Shown here: positions 24,901 to 38,106 of the stretch, in pieces
Position numbering within the stretch: position 1 is the stretch's first letter
Layout: every line of letters begins with the position of its first letter
Assembly: GCF_018977255.1 (NCBI RefSeq)
Contig: NW_024704764.1
Coordinates: 9,300,001 to 9,364,000 of the forward strand
Source of the DNA: Callorhinchus milii
Lineage: Eukaryota
Length of the DNA: 64,000 bases
Direction of reading: 5' to 3'
Program-made: the position numbers and the translations under genes
The notes under the pieces: model-generated
Seen by the model: only the letters and a program-made list of their open reading frames with translations
Databases searched by the model: none
What the model was told of the DNA's origin: nothing

Positions 24901-27530
24901 ATAATAATAACCCTCGCATTTGATACAGCGACTTATCACGTCTCCAAGCGCTTCACAGGATACACTGTATGGACAACAGTCACTGCACTTCAAAGTAACT
25001 CATCGACTCGAGTCTCTTGCTGAGCAAACGCCTCCGTTCCTACGGGACACAGCGGACAGTTTGGGGCCAGGACATGTCAAGGGACCCCTGGATGGTGGGT
25101 GGGAGGTGAACTAGATGGACCTGGGTCTTGCGTTCGCCCAGTGAATGGCTGAGCGCCGGCCGCTAAAGGATATTGGTGCAGTTTCTCACGCTGGCTCATG
25201 CCGGCCGCTCGGGCCATCAGTTTGTGAAGCCCCCGGACCCAGCGTCTCCTCTCCTCCGGGGTCTCGGCCACCAGGTCCAGGTTAGTGCGGTTGCCCTGGA
25301 ACACGATGGTGAAGCACTGCTGCTCCGAGAAACCCCGACCGTGTTTCCGCATCACCTCCGACTGGTGGCCCTCGCGCACAGACTGGATCTCCATCACCGA
25401 GACTGCGGAGAGAGGGAGGGAGAGGGAGAGAGTGTGAGAAAGAGGGAGAGAGAGAGAGGGGGGGGGTGAGTGTGTGTGAGAGAGTGTGTGTATTATAGAA
25501 AGAGAGTGTGATAGAGAGAACGTCAGAGATGGTATGCGAGAGAGAGAAGAGTGTGATAGAGAGAGTTTGTGTGATGGAGAGAGTGTAACAGCGAGAGAGG
25601 GGAGTAAGAGAGAGAGAGAGAGAATACGTGTGCGTGACAGAAAAACTGAGATAAAGAGTTAGAAAAAGTCAGGGAGAAAAAGAGAGACTAAATGTCCGTC
25701 CTCTTCCCCCACTCCCCCCCCCGGAGACACAGAGTGATCAGAAGTCTGAGGTGTTTGAGAGGGTGAATGGCGAGAAACTATTTCCACCGGCTGTTGAGGC
25801 AGTAAACCGAGAGATCTCGCGTTTAACGCGGCCACCAAAAAAAAAGGGAAGAGGTTAGGAGAGGGGGTTCGCTCGTTAGTCAAAGGTTATCGTTGGGACT
25901 TGGAGCTCATGACCGAAAACGGCGCTGGGAGCTGCCAACAGGGAAAAAAATATCGCAGGGTGTGTCTGTGTGTCTGTGTGTCTGTGTGACTGTGTGTCTG
26001 TGTGTCTGTGTGACTGTGTGTCTGTGTGTCTGTGTGACTGTGTGTCTGTGTGACTGTGTGTCTGTGTGACTGTGTGTCTGTGACTGTGTGTCTGTGTGTC
26101 TGTGTGTCTGTGTGTCTGTGTGTCTGTGTGACTGTGTGTCTGTGACTGTGTGTCTGTGTGTCGTGTGTCTGTGTGTCTGTGTGTCTGTGACTGTGTGTCT
26201 GTGTGTCTGTGTGACTGTGTGACTGTGTGTCTGTGTGTCTGTGTGACTGTGTGTCTGTGTGACTGTGTGTCTGTGTGACTGTGTGTCTGTGTGACTGTGT
26301 GACTGTGTGTCTGTGTGTCTGTGTGACTGTGTGACTGTGTGTCTGTGTGTCTGTGTGACTGTGTGACTGTGTGTCTGTGTGACTGTGTGTCTGTGTGACT
26401 GTGTGTCTGTGACTGTGTGACTGTGTGTCTGTGTGACTGTGTGTCTGTGACTGTGTGTCTGTGTGTCTGTGTGTCGTGTGTCTGTGTGACTGTGTGTCTG
26501 TGTGTCTGTGTGTCTGTGTGTCTGTGTGTCTGTGTGACTGTGTGTCTGTGTGACTGTGTGTCTGTGTGCGTGGCAGTGAGATTAAACGAAAGCCGTTTCC
26601 GAGAGCCAGAGATGGACACAATGGGTTTAATGACTTTGAGAGCTGTGCTGTGTGTTCTGTATTCCATTCCCTGCTCTCTCGCTCTCTCCCTCTCTCTCGA
26701 TTCGATAACAGCTTTAAAGAGAGAACTGGACCGGTATCTGGGGAGGACGGGTTTGCAGGGTAACGGGGAGAAAGCTGGTGATTGGGGTTTAGTGAAAGTG
26801 ACGCTCTGTCAAAGAGCCGCCACGGACTCGATGGGCCGAATGGCCTCCTTCTGTGCCGTAACATTCTATGAATCTCCCCATCGTGTCCGGGCTGGTGCTC
26901 CCTCCCTCCCTCCCCGGTGATACTCACAAGTGGACATGGATGGCTTTCTCCTGGACTTGGACTCACACCAGACAGACAACCCATCTCCCTGCAGCCTCAG
27001 CTGCCTCGGCTTCTTCCACACCTGGGACTTGATTTTCTGTAACTTGCTGCCCTTCAGCATGAACCTCACATCCTCATCCTCCTGGAGCCCTGGACAGACA
27101 CGCGGGGGGGGGGGGGGGGGGGGGGGGGGGGGAGAATGAGGGTAAGGCAGGTCCACATCGCAAAGGCTTGGATATCAAAGCCCCAACTCCCTTCACAGAG
27201 CCAAACCCTACTGTCGAACATTCATACAGAGCCCATCTCCGCTCCAGTCACAGATCATTCAACATTTACCCTTCCAATACCCCATTCCCCCAAACCAACA
27301 CCCACTCCCCAACAACAACAGCAACTTGCACTTATGTCGCGCCCTCCACGCAGGGTAGAGTCTCAGAGCCCTCCCTACCCAACAACCTCCTCCCCCCCAC
27401 ACCTCCCCCAATACCCAACCCATTCCTTACCCACTTGTTTAAGGGCTTTAAAAGCCAGCTTGTTTCTCTCCGGGCTGAGGTCAGGCACCTCACTTTCCAG
27501 CTCACTTCCCTTGGATTTAGTGCCGATCAT
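18994..27530 (-). CDS. PLCD3: Phospholipase C delta-3-like, copy A (PH-EF-X-Y-C2), 15 coding exons, intact ORF
   Basis: Exons (5'->3'): 27530-27431, 27089-26928, 25402-25174, 24831-24702, 24590-24365, 24080-23879, 23408-23264, 22818-22666, 22444-22313, 22176-22032, 21754-21638, 20913-20735, 20446-20311, 19484-19335, 19124-18994. Motifs: [83 protein letters not shown]. Intron 3 is AT-AC. Confidence 0.92.
19540..20080. repeat. Intronic minisatellite (CAGCCTCACCACACTGACCCCC...)n in PLCD3-A intron 13
   Basis: About 25-30 bp units with variable C-runs. The same repeat is at 46265-46790 in copy B. Confidence 0.9.
21132..21428 (-). mobile_element. tRNA-derived SINE copy, head truncated
   Basis: Nearly identical by eye to the copy at 172-501. 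Confidence 0.8.
22561..22665 (-). repeat. 5 x 21 bp tandem repeat built from the exon-8 splice donor (G[T/C][A/T]AGCCCGGCCYGGCCCGAG)
   Basis: Units follow directly from the GAG|GTAAG donor. The counterpart is at 42733-42890. Confidence 0.9.
24832..25173 (-). other. U12-type AT-AC intron (PLCD3-A intron 3)
   Basis: Donor CA|ATATCCTTT (25173-25165), branch site TTCCTTAAT (24851-24843), acceptor CAC|. Splicing restores the conserved L-H-H-W-I-H junction. Confidence 0.93.
25960..26570. repeat. (TGTGTC/TGTGAC)n compound microsatellite
   Basis: About 600 bp of low-complexity repeat in PLCD3-A intron 2. It produces the spurious Thr/His/Gln ORFs. Confidence 0.95.
26690..26875 (+). mobile_element. 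CR1-like LINE 3' end
   Basis: [16 protein letters not shown] translation followed by GATGGGCCGAATGGCCTCCTTCTGTGCCGTAACATTCTATGA, a typical CR1-type tail. Similar tails at about 24200-24350 and 43960-44130. Confidence 0.6.
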
Positions 27531-30500
27531 GGGGTCACCTTAGTGGATGCAACAAGCCTCCAGCTCCCGGGAGCCTGTCTCCTGGGGAGGAAGGTGTGTG
27601 GGAGATCTTCGAGCTGCTGTAGATGGAGTTGGACGGTGTAGTTTGGGGTTACTCCGCCGATCACTGGGATGGAGCTCCGATTCCTTTCAGCTCTGGTTAA
27701 CCTTAGAGCGGGTCTGTCTGTCCGTCCGTCTGTCCGTCCGTCCGTCCGTCTGTCTGTCTTGACCAGTTGGGTTGGGTTTGGATGGGTCGCTCTCTTCTTG
27801 TCTGTATCTGTGCTGGAACTCTTCACTCTGTGTGTGTGTCTCTCGCTGCTCACGGACTCCTCTCACATCACAACTATTTTTTGCTCAGAATCGTTTCACC
27901 GAACACCAGGAATTCGGTCCATGTGACTCTTACACCCGGTTCCCAAATTAAAGGAGGGGGAAAAGTGTTATTTTGCACAAGTGAACAGCAGTTGGAAAAG
28001 CAGAGCAGATCGCCCCAGGCTCCGGTTAACACACGTTCGTTCCTCAATAGCCTGGGCTCCCCAACTTAATTCCATTCCATTGCTCTTCTTGTTGAGTTAA
28101 TGAATGTTTTCATTCATAGTTCAGAGCAGTCAAAGCCTCCTTTTGTGCTCCAGCCTCCCAGTTGCTGAATGTGCCAGATCTGACGTAAAGTTGCCTGTGT
28201 TAACTGCGTTACTGAGTCTCTCTCGTTCTCTCCCTCCCTCCCTCTCCCTCCCTCCCTCCCTCCCTCTGTCTTTCCTGTGTCACCCACTCCTGAACTGACA
28301 GCACATCACGAGCTCAGCTGCCTTTCAGCCCCTTTATGGTACAGGGGGGGGGGAAAAAAAAAGCCAAAGCTCTCGCCAATCACCGGAATAATAGTATTAA
28401 TCCTTGCACTTAACACCGCGTCAGTAACATCAAACATCTCTCTTAAGTACTTTGCAGGGAATTAAGTGTAATGACTGATTTTTTTTGTTGTCCAGGCGAG
28501 TGCGACACGCAGATTTTTACGCAGCAAAAATCTCACTCGCAACCGGCCCTGAAGCGAACGATTAATTCAACCGTGGAATTGCTCAGCCAGGATCCCGGGA
28601 GGAACTCCCTTCTCGTTACCTATTTGTCCCGGGGAATGTTTAACAGGCAAAAAAGGGATTTGGGTTTAACATCTCACCCCCAACCCTCCCCCACCCCACC
28701 TCCGACCCACACCCCACCCCACCCCATCCCAAAACCGTGCTGGAGTGGTGAGCTTCAACCGTGAGCTCAAAATCTCGAACCCAGGCGTGAATAGAGCGAC
28801 AGACCGAGCCAGGCTGAGACCAACTTGAAACCGCCGGAAAACTATCGGCCAAGCTAAGAACGAATTTAAGAACTGTCCCCCCCCCCCCCCAAAAAAAAAA
28901 ATTCTGCGTCAACCTTAAACTTCGCAGCGATGAGCGAAGCTGAGGCTCGGAGACACTTCTGGGATCTGGGGTTCGGTTTGTATCGGGGAACACGACGCCT
29001 CCTCGGGGTGAAGCAGTTGAAAGCCAAGCACCGTTGATGTCTTTGGTCCGCCAGGTGGCGCCTGAGCCACAGGCGGTGGTTGAGAACATATGGACCAAAG
29101 TTGAAAGAGCCTTTGAAGAGACTAATGGGCCTCATGGGCTGAGGGCTCTTGACAGAGACATGTAACGTCTACTCATTAATTAACGCAGCAGCCCTGTAGT
29201 TATATCCCACTGCTCCGTGCCAGACAGTCTCATTAAACTAAAAGATAAACTGTGTTTAAAAAGCAACCACCAAACAGAGATGACGTCAAGACCCAAGTTG
29301 GCAACCGTCTCCAACCCGGACATGTCCGTGACTGGCGTGTCAGAGTGAATGATTCTTATGGAAACCGGTACAATAAAGTCTATAAAGGTACTGTAAGAGA
29401 AGCGCTGATTTAATCTCGCCCGCAAAACATACACAGTGTATCCTGTGAAGCGCTTTGAGACGTCTCAAAGATGCGATAAGATACTGTATCGAATGGAAGG
29501 ATTATTATTATTTATCATAATATTATTATTTATTGTTATTGAGCCACCAGCAGGTCGGCAGGACACTATAATATTATTCAAAGTTACCTGGAACAAATAA
29601 TACTTTGTAACCTGTATAATATACTCTGCAGAAATAATATTATTATTTATTCAAGGTTACAGAGTATTACTTATATTATTCTCTCATGGTGTTATTCAAG
29701 GTTACTCACTCATGGTACTCTGCCCGTCTTAATAACAAGATGATCCGTTACTTAACAACAATAAATAATAATATTGAAGCAGCGTTTTTATTGTATCGCC
29801 TTTATAAGACTTCATTGTCACCTCTGTTTTGAAATAATATTATTTGAGATGTATAAACGTAATTTGTTCCCCTTGTTATTGTTAACTGTGGACAACGTCA
29901 GGGTATCGATTTGTGACTGGTGGGTCAGTGAGAGAGAGAGAGAGAGAAAGAGCTAAGGCTATAATACCGCAGATACAACAACAACAACTTGCATTTATAT
30001 AGCGTCCTTCACGTGGGATAACATCTCGGAGCGTTTGACCGTGGAGGAGTTTGGGCCCGAGCCGGGGGGAGGGAGGTCTCTAGACGGGGGTTTGAAAGGG
30101 AGGAGGGAGGAGGCCAATCCGAAATAAGAGCACTCAGCAGATCAGGCAGCGTCTACGGAGAGAGGAAAGTGGGTCAGTGTTTTGTGGTCGATGACCTCTC
30201 GTCAGAACCGGGGGCTGTTGGCAGTTCCGAAGGAGAAAGAGAGAAGCAGGCGGGGAAAGAAAGACGAAGGGAAAGAGAGAGAGAGAGAGAGAGAGAGAAA
30301 CATTACCGCAGTCTGTCTGTTCCCAGCAGAAAAAATAGGAACAGAAATCTGGACTTGGGAGAGAGAGAAAATGAGAGAGAGAGAGAGCGATGAGGCTTTT
30401 TGTTGTTGAGATGTTGGAGGCCGTCGGTTTAAGGTCATCAAAAAAAAAACAACCGCCGGATTACTTAGAATTTAGGATTTCATTACACAGAGTGATAAAT

Positions 30501-30671
30501 TCACCCGGATTTACGGACCGCAGTTTTACATCACAAATAATCCACAAATCCGCTCCATCTAATAACTCCCACTCCATATTGCTATTACAGTGAGAGAGAG
30601 AGAGAGAGAGAGTGAATGTGAATGAGAGAGTGGGGGGAAGCGAGAGAAGGGGGAGCAGAGAGAGAAAGAAT

Positions 30672-30702
<31 letters not shown>

Positions 30703-32595
30703 GGAGAAAGGGAACAAAACAGAGTAAGAGTCAGAGTGAATGAGTGAGTGAGTGAATGTGAGTGAGAGAGTGAGACAGCAACAGAAGACAGAGAGAGAAT
30801 AGCCCTGAGCCCAACCAGCTCGTGACTGAATAGTTTGGTTTGAAATGACAGTCTGTCAGGAAGAATCCCGTCTGCGGGGGTTATAAATAAATCTCTCTCT
30901 CCCTCCCTCTCCCTCAAGTCCGAGTTCCAAAGGTGTGGCTAAGAACAGTACGTGCACGAGAGCAGAGATCAGCAGCAATCGCTTTCGTTTCTCATTCGGG
31001 TCACAAACCAAACTCTGGTCAAGTTCAGAAAAAGTTGGAGGGGAGGGAGGGAGGGAGGGAGGGAGGGAAGGAGGGGTGACATAAACTTTAGGTAAGATTT
31101 GTTGCTCCGCACGCCTCTCTGTTGACCCAGCAGCAACCCAGTTGTAAGTCGATTGGCAAATCGCTTTCTGTGGTTAATAATCCCTCAAAAAAATGCGGTT
31201 ACTCAACCCACGACTGTCTGTGGGGACATTGCTTTGCGCAATTGTCTGCCGCGTTTCGCTCACAAAACTCATCCAAATCACTTTAGAAGACGCGAATAAG
31301 GCGCTCTATCAAAGGCGAAGGATTATTATTAGTAGTAGTGGTATGATTAATAACGTAAGTTACAGAAAGGACAGCGTTTGACTGAAAGGAAGAAGGTTTT
31401 GCAGTCGCCCTCGATGACCATTTCCGGAGGAGAACATTCAATCCAGGTGTCAGCTCGTTTCGGAACTTTACAGGATTTTCACGTTGGTTCTTGTTATTGC
31501 TGAATAAACAGGATTGGAAACCAGGTCAGGCTCTGCGAAACTCTGCACATCACTTCCCCCTCACTCTCACCTCACCTCTCACCTCCTCCAACCCCCTCAC
31601 CACCACCCTCCCCTGGGCAGACCGGTCACTGGGGGCAGGGAATCCTCCCACTCGGCTCCTGTTGAACCCCTAAAGCCAAAGCCCGAACGGTCCAAGCTGG
31701 ACAAGCAGCGGGAGAAGCTTGCCACACTGCTAACCCCTGCCCGTCCCCCGCCCGCCCGCCCGCCCCACCCCACAGAAGAACATGAAAAAATACCCACTTG
31801 GCTCCACTCAATGACTTTCCCGTGTTGGCAGTAAGTGCCCGTTTCGTAAACAGTCCCCAGTGTAGCGTGTAAACACCGCTGATTGATGGCAAACACGTCG
31901 CAATTCCCTCCTCCGGGTTCCTCTTGGCTTCCCGCGTTCAGAGATCTTTTTTTTTGAAAACAAAAACAAAATGCCTTTTCTTTGTCTCTTTTTTTTTTGG
32001 CAAATGAATGAGGAGAGTAAAAAAAGTTAAACTCACGAGATGTCGAACGTCACTACGGAAGAGAGGACCCGGGTTTGACTCCCGGACGGGGCGAAACTTT
32101 GGCCAAGTTTCCTTACTCCACACGCGCGCCTCTCTGGGGGGGTAATAATCCGTGTCCCCCCCCTCCCAAATAATTTGGTCACTTCAATCCACGACTGTAT
32201 GTGGGGGCACTGCTGTGCAAACTCCACTTTACAATGTACACTCTGAAGCGCTTTGAGACGTCTCAACGACGTGATAAGATGTTGCATCAGATACAATGAT
32301 TATTATTCAGGGTTTTTTTCTCTCTCCTCGGCGTCTTGGTTAAAACCCCCCCCTCCCCCCCCCTCCCCTCCCCACCCGGTGCACAAATTGGCTGCCTGCA
32401 GAACACACAGTCACTTTTACAGAAAAAATAATCACTCAGCACTTCAGGACGCAAACAAGACCAGGCTTTATTGTTGCAAGATATTCAAATTTCATTTGTC
32501 CGCCTGCCAAAAAGAAATGTTTTCCTATGTTGAGAATCTTCGAGTCACGAGAGTGGATAGGGGTCACTTACCCAACTTGTGTGTGCATGTCTGCG

Positions 32596-32767
32596 NNNNN
32601 NNNNNNNNNNNNNNNNNNNNNNNNNNNNNNNNNNNNNNNNNNNNNNNNNNNNNNNNNNNNNNNNNNNNNNNNNNNNNNNNNNNNNNNNNNNNNNNNNNNN
32701 NNNNNNNNNNNNNNNNNNNNNNNNNNNNNNNNNNNNNNNNNNNNNNNNNNNNNNNNNNNNNNNNNNN
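32596..32767. other. Assembly gap (N)
   Basis: Run of N. Other gaps are at 41129-41320, 41436-41731 and 63733-63886. Confidence 1.
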
Positions 32768-33203
32768 TCACACGTTAATAAAAAAAGGGATTGATTTCTG
32801 TGAAGGAGAAGGTTACTGAACAGTCTATTTGGAGATTCAATCTAATGTCAATCAGCTTTAAGTCTCAAGACAGCACAGTGAGGGCTGTGTGTGAGTGTGT
32901 GAGTGAGAGAGAGAGTTGGAGAGGAAACCTCAAGCCACTGACTGACTCCACCCCAGAGAAAGAGCAATGTATAAATCAATCCCAGCTGTTCCCTGGATTG
33001 ACCCACTCTCTGGTAGTCATTCTCACCACCTCCCAACCCAAGGAACTTACTGTGTGGTGTAATCTAACATCTTACCCCACCCACTGGAGAAGGAGAGAGA
33101 GAGAGAGAGAGAGAGATTTGCAGTTGAGTGTTGTGTTGGTGTTGTGTTGAAGACAGTAACAGAGCAGCAGAAGGAGGAGAGGAACACACACACAAAGACA
33201 GGA

Positions 33204-36200
33204 ATGAACACTCGATCAGACCCCAACTCCTCAGCCCGCAAGAAGCTGGTCCTGAAAGACATTAAGAGAGGTGGGTGGGTGAGAGAGGGGGGGTGGGTGG
33301 GTGGGTGAGTGGGTGAGAGAGGGGGTGGGTGGGTGGGTGAGAGAGGGGGTGGGTGGGTGGGTGGGTGAGAGAGGGGGTGGTGGGTGGGTGAGTGGGTGAG
33401 AGAGGGGTGGGTGGGTGAGAGAGGGGGTGGGTGGGTGGGTGGGTGAGAGAGGGGTGGTGAGAGAGAGAGGGGGTGGGTGGGTGAGAGAGAGAGAAAGGGT
33501 GGGTGAGTGAGTGGGTGGGTGAGAGCGGGGGTGGGTGGGTGAGAGAGAGAGGGTGGGGGTGGGTGAGAGAGAGGGTGGGTGAGGCTGAGAGAGAGGGGGT
33601 GAGGGTGAGAGGGGGGGGGGTGAGAGAGAGAGGGTGGGGGGTGGGTGAGAGAGAAGGAGGGTGGGGGGTGAGAGGGAGAGGGAGGGTGGGGGGTGGAGGG
33701 TGAGAGGGTGAGGGTGGGGGTGAGAGTTGGCCCAGTAGCCTTTTCACTGTTGGAGACGCTGTGAGTGAGTGAGTGAGTGAGTGCAGAGCTGCGATGACTA
33801 AATAAGGAATTTCTGTCCCATTAATGGGAAAAGCATTCCTTTGATTTAAAAAAAAGCCCCTCCTCTCTCCCCTCCTCTCCCACCCACTCTCTCTCTCTCT
33901 CCCCCCTTTCTCTCTCTCTCTCTCTCTCCCCCTTTCCCCCCTCCCCCCCCCCCCACCCACCCCACTGTTTTCCCAGCCCAGGGATCTGCACATCTGTCTC
34001 TGTTCTGTGTCTGTCTTGGGTTATATCACAGGTCACATCTGGTTTACCGGTGGGGCGGAGGGGGTGTGAGCGGACGCTTATTGTATTTGTGGGGAAAGGG
34101 ATTGGGAATAATCTCCCCCCACCCCCCCACCCCACTCCTCCCCCTCTCTGTCTCCACTTCTCTTCCTTCCAAAGCAAACCCGGTCCCCGCCCACGACTTG
34201 GAAGTCTCCGAGCCGCTGTCGCTCGGGGCTTCATGGAGTCTTGAGCACTCGCCTCGCAGGAACACTCATGTCCTCCAACTACAACCGGCATTAACACAGC
34301 GTCCCATCGAGTTTGACAGTGGCGGGACATGACCCCGAGACCGGGGGAAGGGGGGAATGGGGGGGGAGATGACCGTAGGCATTGGTCGAAGAGGAAGGTC
34401 TTCAGGCGTGACCTGAAAATGGGGCAGGAAGGGGGGCAAGGTGGTGGGGAGGGGGGATAGAGGAAGGGTGTTCCACAGTTTCGGGGGGTAGTGGTGGTAC
34501 GGGGGACAGGCAGGAGGGCAGAACCAGTCGAGCGGATGCAGCGGGTATTGGGTTGGAGGGTGAGCAGGACGGAGAAGGGAGGGAGGTGCCGGGGAATGAA
34601 GGGATTTGAAAACGAGTGAGAGGATCTTGAAATCAATCTGTTCAATGATAGGGAGTTAGTGGAGCCTGGCGAGGGCTGGGGGGTGGGGGTGCGGGGTATA
34701 GTGTGTGTGATAGGGAGCCGGTGGGGCCTGGCGAGGGCTGGGGGGGTGGGGGTGCGGGGTATAGTGTGTGTGATAGGGAGCCGGTGGGGCCTGGCGAGGG
34801 CTGGGGGGGTGGGGGTGCGGGGTATAGTGTGTGTGATGGGGAGCCGGTGGGGCCTGGCGAGGGGTGGGGGATGGGGGGGTGGGGTGCGGGGTATAGTGTG
34901 TGTGATAGGGAGCCGGTGGGGCCTGGGGAGGGCTGGGGGGTCGGGGTGCGGGGTATAGTGTGTGTGATGGGGAGCCGGTGGGGCCTGGCGAGGGCTGGGG
35001 GATGGGGGGGTGGGGGTGCGGGGTATAGTGTGTGTGATAGGGAGCCGGTGGGGCCTGGCGAGGGGTGGGGTTCGGGGTTCAGTGCAGGGAGTATATGTAC
35101 CTTATCACAACGTCGAGACGTCTCAAAGCACTTTATAAAACATATGATAAGGCAAAAGAAGGCGATGTGTGTTTTGGGGAAAGGAATATGTGATATTATA
35201 ACATATATGTGATAGGGCCCTCTATCGAATGCAGGGATTATTATTATTATTGTTAATGTTATTACTGCACTTTACAGTAAATCCTGTGAAGCGCTTTGCG
35301 ACGTTCTCCTGAGTGCCAAATGCTTTATAATTAGTTGTTGATATCGATATAACTATTGAGCCGTGGCTTGTCCGTGTTCGTGTGGGTGTGCGTGTGGGTG
35401 TGCGTGCGTGTGGGTGCGTGTGCGTGTGCGTGTGTATGTGTGTGTGTGTGCCCAGGTCTGCTGGAGGATGAGGACCTGAAGTTCATGCAGAAAGGCAGCA
35501 AGTTACAGAAGATCAGGTCCCGGATGTGGACGAAATATCGTCGGTTTCGGCTGCTGGAGGACGGACTGACCGTGTGGTGTGAGAGCAAGTCCATGAAGAA
35601 GTCCGGCATGACCACGTGTGAGTATCTCTTCCCCTCACCCTCCCCCCCCATCCCACCACCACAGCCACCACCACCACCTCCCCCTCCCGTACTATAGTGG
35701 TTCGAGCCCTCGCCTCGCAAGCGAGAGGACCCGGGTTCGATTCCCGGCCAAGGGCAAACCTTAGGCAAGGTTCCTTACTCCGCACACCTCTGTTTTCCCG
35801 GCAGTAAACAGGTTCTTGTTGATTGGCGGATCGCTCTCCGGGGGGTTATAATCCCTCCAAAGAAAAATATTAATGATAAGTTGGTCACTTCCATCCACGA
35901 CTGCTTGCGTGGGGACGCTGCTGTGCGCAGTTGGCTGCCGCGTTCCACCCACAAAATACACAGTCACTCCACTCCACTTTGCAGCGTGTTCTGTGAAGCG
36001 CTTTGAGCCGTCTCGAAGCCGTGATCAGGCGCCGTATCAAAAACGATGTTAAACTCTGCGCTATTTATTTGCGATCAACGCCCTTTCTCTGTGTCCGGTC
36101 AGGGAATCCCGAGAGGACGGTTGTTCTCTCCGGATAAGATAAGAAGAAAAGGCTGTGTTTGCGTTGCGGGTGGAATGTCTTGGTGAACGTTAGGGCTGAT

Positions 36201-36382
36201 CTTGATTACGCGCGCGCTCTCTCTCCCTCTCTCTCTTTCTCTGTCGCTCACACACATTCTCTCTCTATCGCACATTCTCTCTCTATCCCACATTCTCTCT
36301 CTATCCCACATTCTCTCTCTATCACACGTTCGCTCTCTCACACACTCTCTGCCTCTCACCTTCTCTCTCTCACACACACTCA

Positions 36383-36414
<32 letters not shown>

Positions 36415-38071
36415 ACACTCTCTCCCTCTCCCTCCCTCTCTCCGCAGTCTCGGTGATGGAGATCCAGTCTGTGCGTGAGGGCCACCAGTCGGAGGTGATG
36501 CGGAAACACGGTCGGGGTTTCTCGGAGCAGCAGTGCTTCACCATCGTGTTCCAGGGCAACCGCACTAACCTGGACCTGGTGGCCGGGACCCTGGAGGAGA
36601 GGAGACGCTGGGTCCGGGGGCTTCACAAACTGATGGCCCGAGCGGCCGGCATGAGCCAGCGCGAGAAACTGCACCAATATCCTTTAGCTGCCGGCGCTCA
36701 GCCATTCACTGGGCGAACGCAAGACCCAGGTCCATCTAGTTCACCTCCCACCCACCATCCAGGGGTCCCTTGACATGTCCTGGCCCCAAACTGTCCGCTG
36801 TGTCCCGTAGGAACGGAGGCGTTTGCTCAGCGAGAGACTCGAGTCGATGAGTTACTTTGAAGTGCAGTGACTGTTGTCCATACAGTGTATCCTGTGAAGC
36901 GCTTGGAGACGTCTCGACGACGTGTTGAGGGCTGGGGCTGGGGGTCAGGTAATGCAGATCTTTCTACGCTGTGTGAACGAGGCTGATCGTCGGGGTTAGA
37001 GGAATGAGCCGTGAGCCACGATCGGACAAGCTCAGGCTCCTCGCTCTGGGAGAGGGGACGTGTCGGGTGGTGGTGGGGGGGGGGGTGGGGGGACCTTTTA
37101 TAGAGACTCACCATTTTGAGAGCGGGGTCGGAATGGAATGGTAAACCCAGAGCAATACTTTCGGACCCACCAAGACAGGAGCACAAGGGGTTTAGGGTCG
37201 CACAAGGGGAGAAATTTCAGGAAAGGCACCAGGAACGATTGGGACCAGGGTTGCCAGGGAGGCTGGTTGGGGCCAGGATATTGGGACTTGATGCCGTGAT
37301 GGTGGGTCTCTCTCTCGCTCTCGCGATGACACCTTAACGCCGAGCACCTGGATTCACGAGTACCTGCGGAGGGCAGACGCCAACAAGGACAAGAAGATGA
37401 GCCTCGAGGAGATCAAAGACCTCCTGAAGCTGATCAACATCGAGGTTTACGAGGAGTACACGCTGCTGCTCTTCAAGGTACAGCACTGAGTGGGGCCGGG
37501 AGTTACCATGGAAACGGCTGGAAGATGATCCCCACCCCTCCGCCCTGAGGGAGATGAGGAGATGAGGGAGATGAGGAGATGAGGGAGATGAGGAGATGAG
37601 GGAGATTAGGAGATGAGGGAGATTAGGAGATGAGGGAGATTAGAGAGATTAGAGAGGGAGGGAGGATTGTTCACTGTTACACATTATAATAATAATAATA
37701 ATAATAATAATAATCCTTGCATTTGATATAGCGCTTTTCACGTCGGGAGGACGTCCCAAAGCGCTTCACAGAACACACTGTAAAGTGAATTGACTGTATA
37801 TTTAGGCGAACGCGGCAGCCAATTGCACGCAATGTCCCACAAACAGTCGTAGATTGAAAATGACCAATTTATTATTGTTTTTGGTTTTGGAATTATTAGG
37901 CTCTGTGTGAGTAAGGAAACTTGCCCGAGGTTTCGCCCTCTGCCTGGAATTGAACTCAGGTCTCTCACTTGCAAAGCGAGTGCTCTAACCACTGAGCTAC
38001 AGGTCTCCACGATTCAGCCACTACGCCCCGAAACTCTGGAACACTCTCCCTCAGACCCTCCGCCTTGCCCC

Positions 38072-38106
<35 letters not shown>

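Noticed and set aside
25876-26984. Long 263/365-aa Thr/His/Gln-rich ORFs
   Set aside because: They are translations of the (TGTGTC)n microsatellite.
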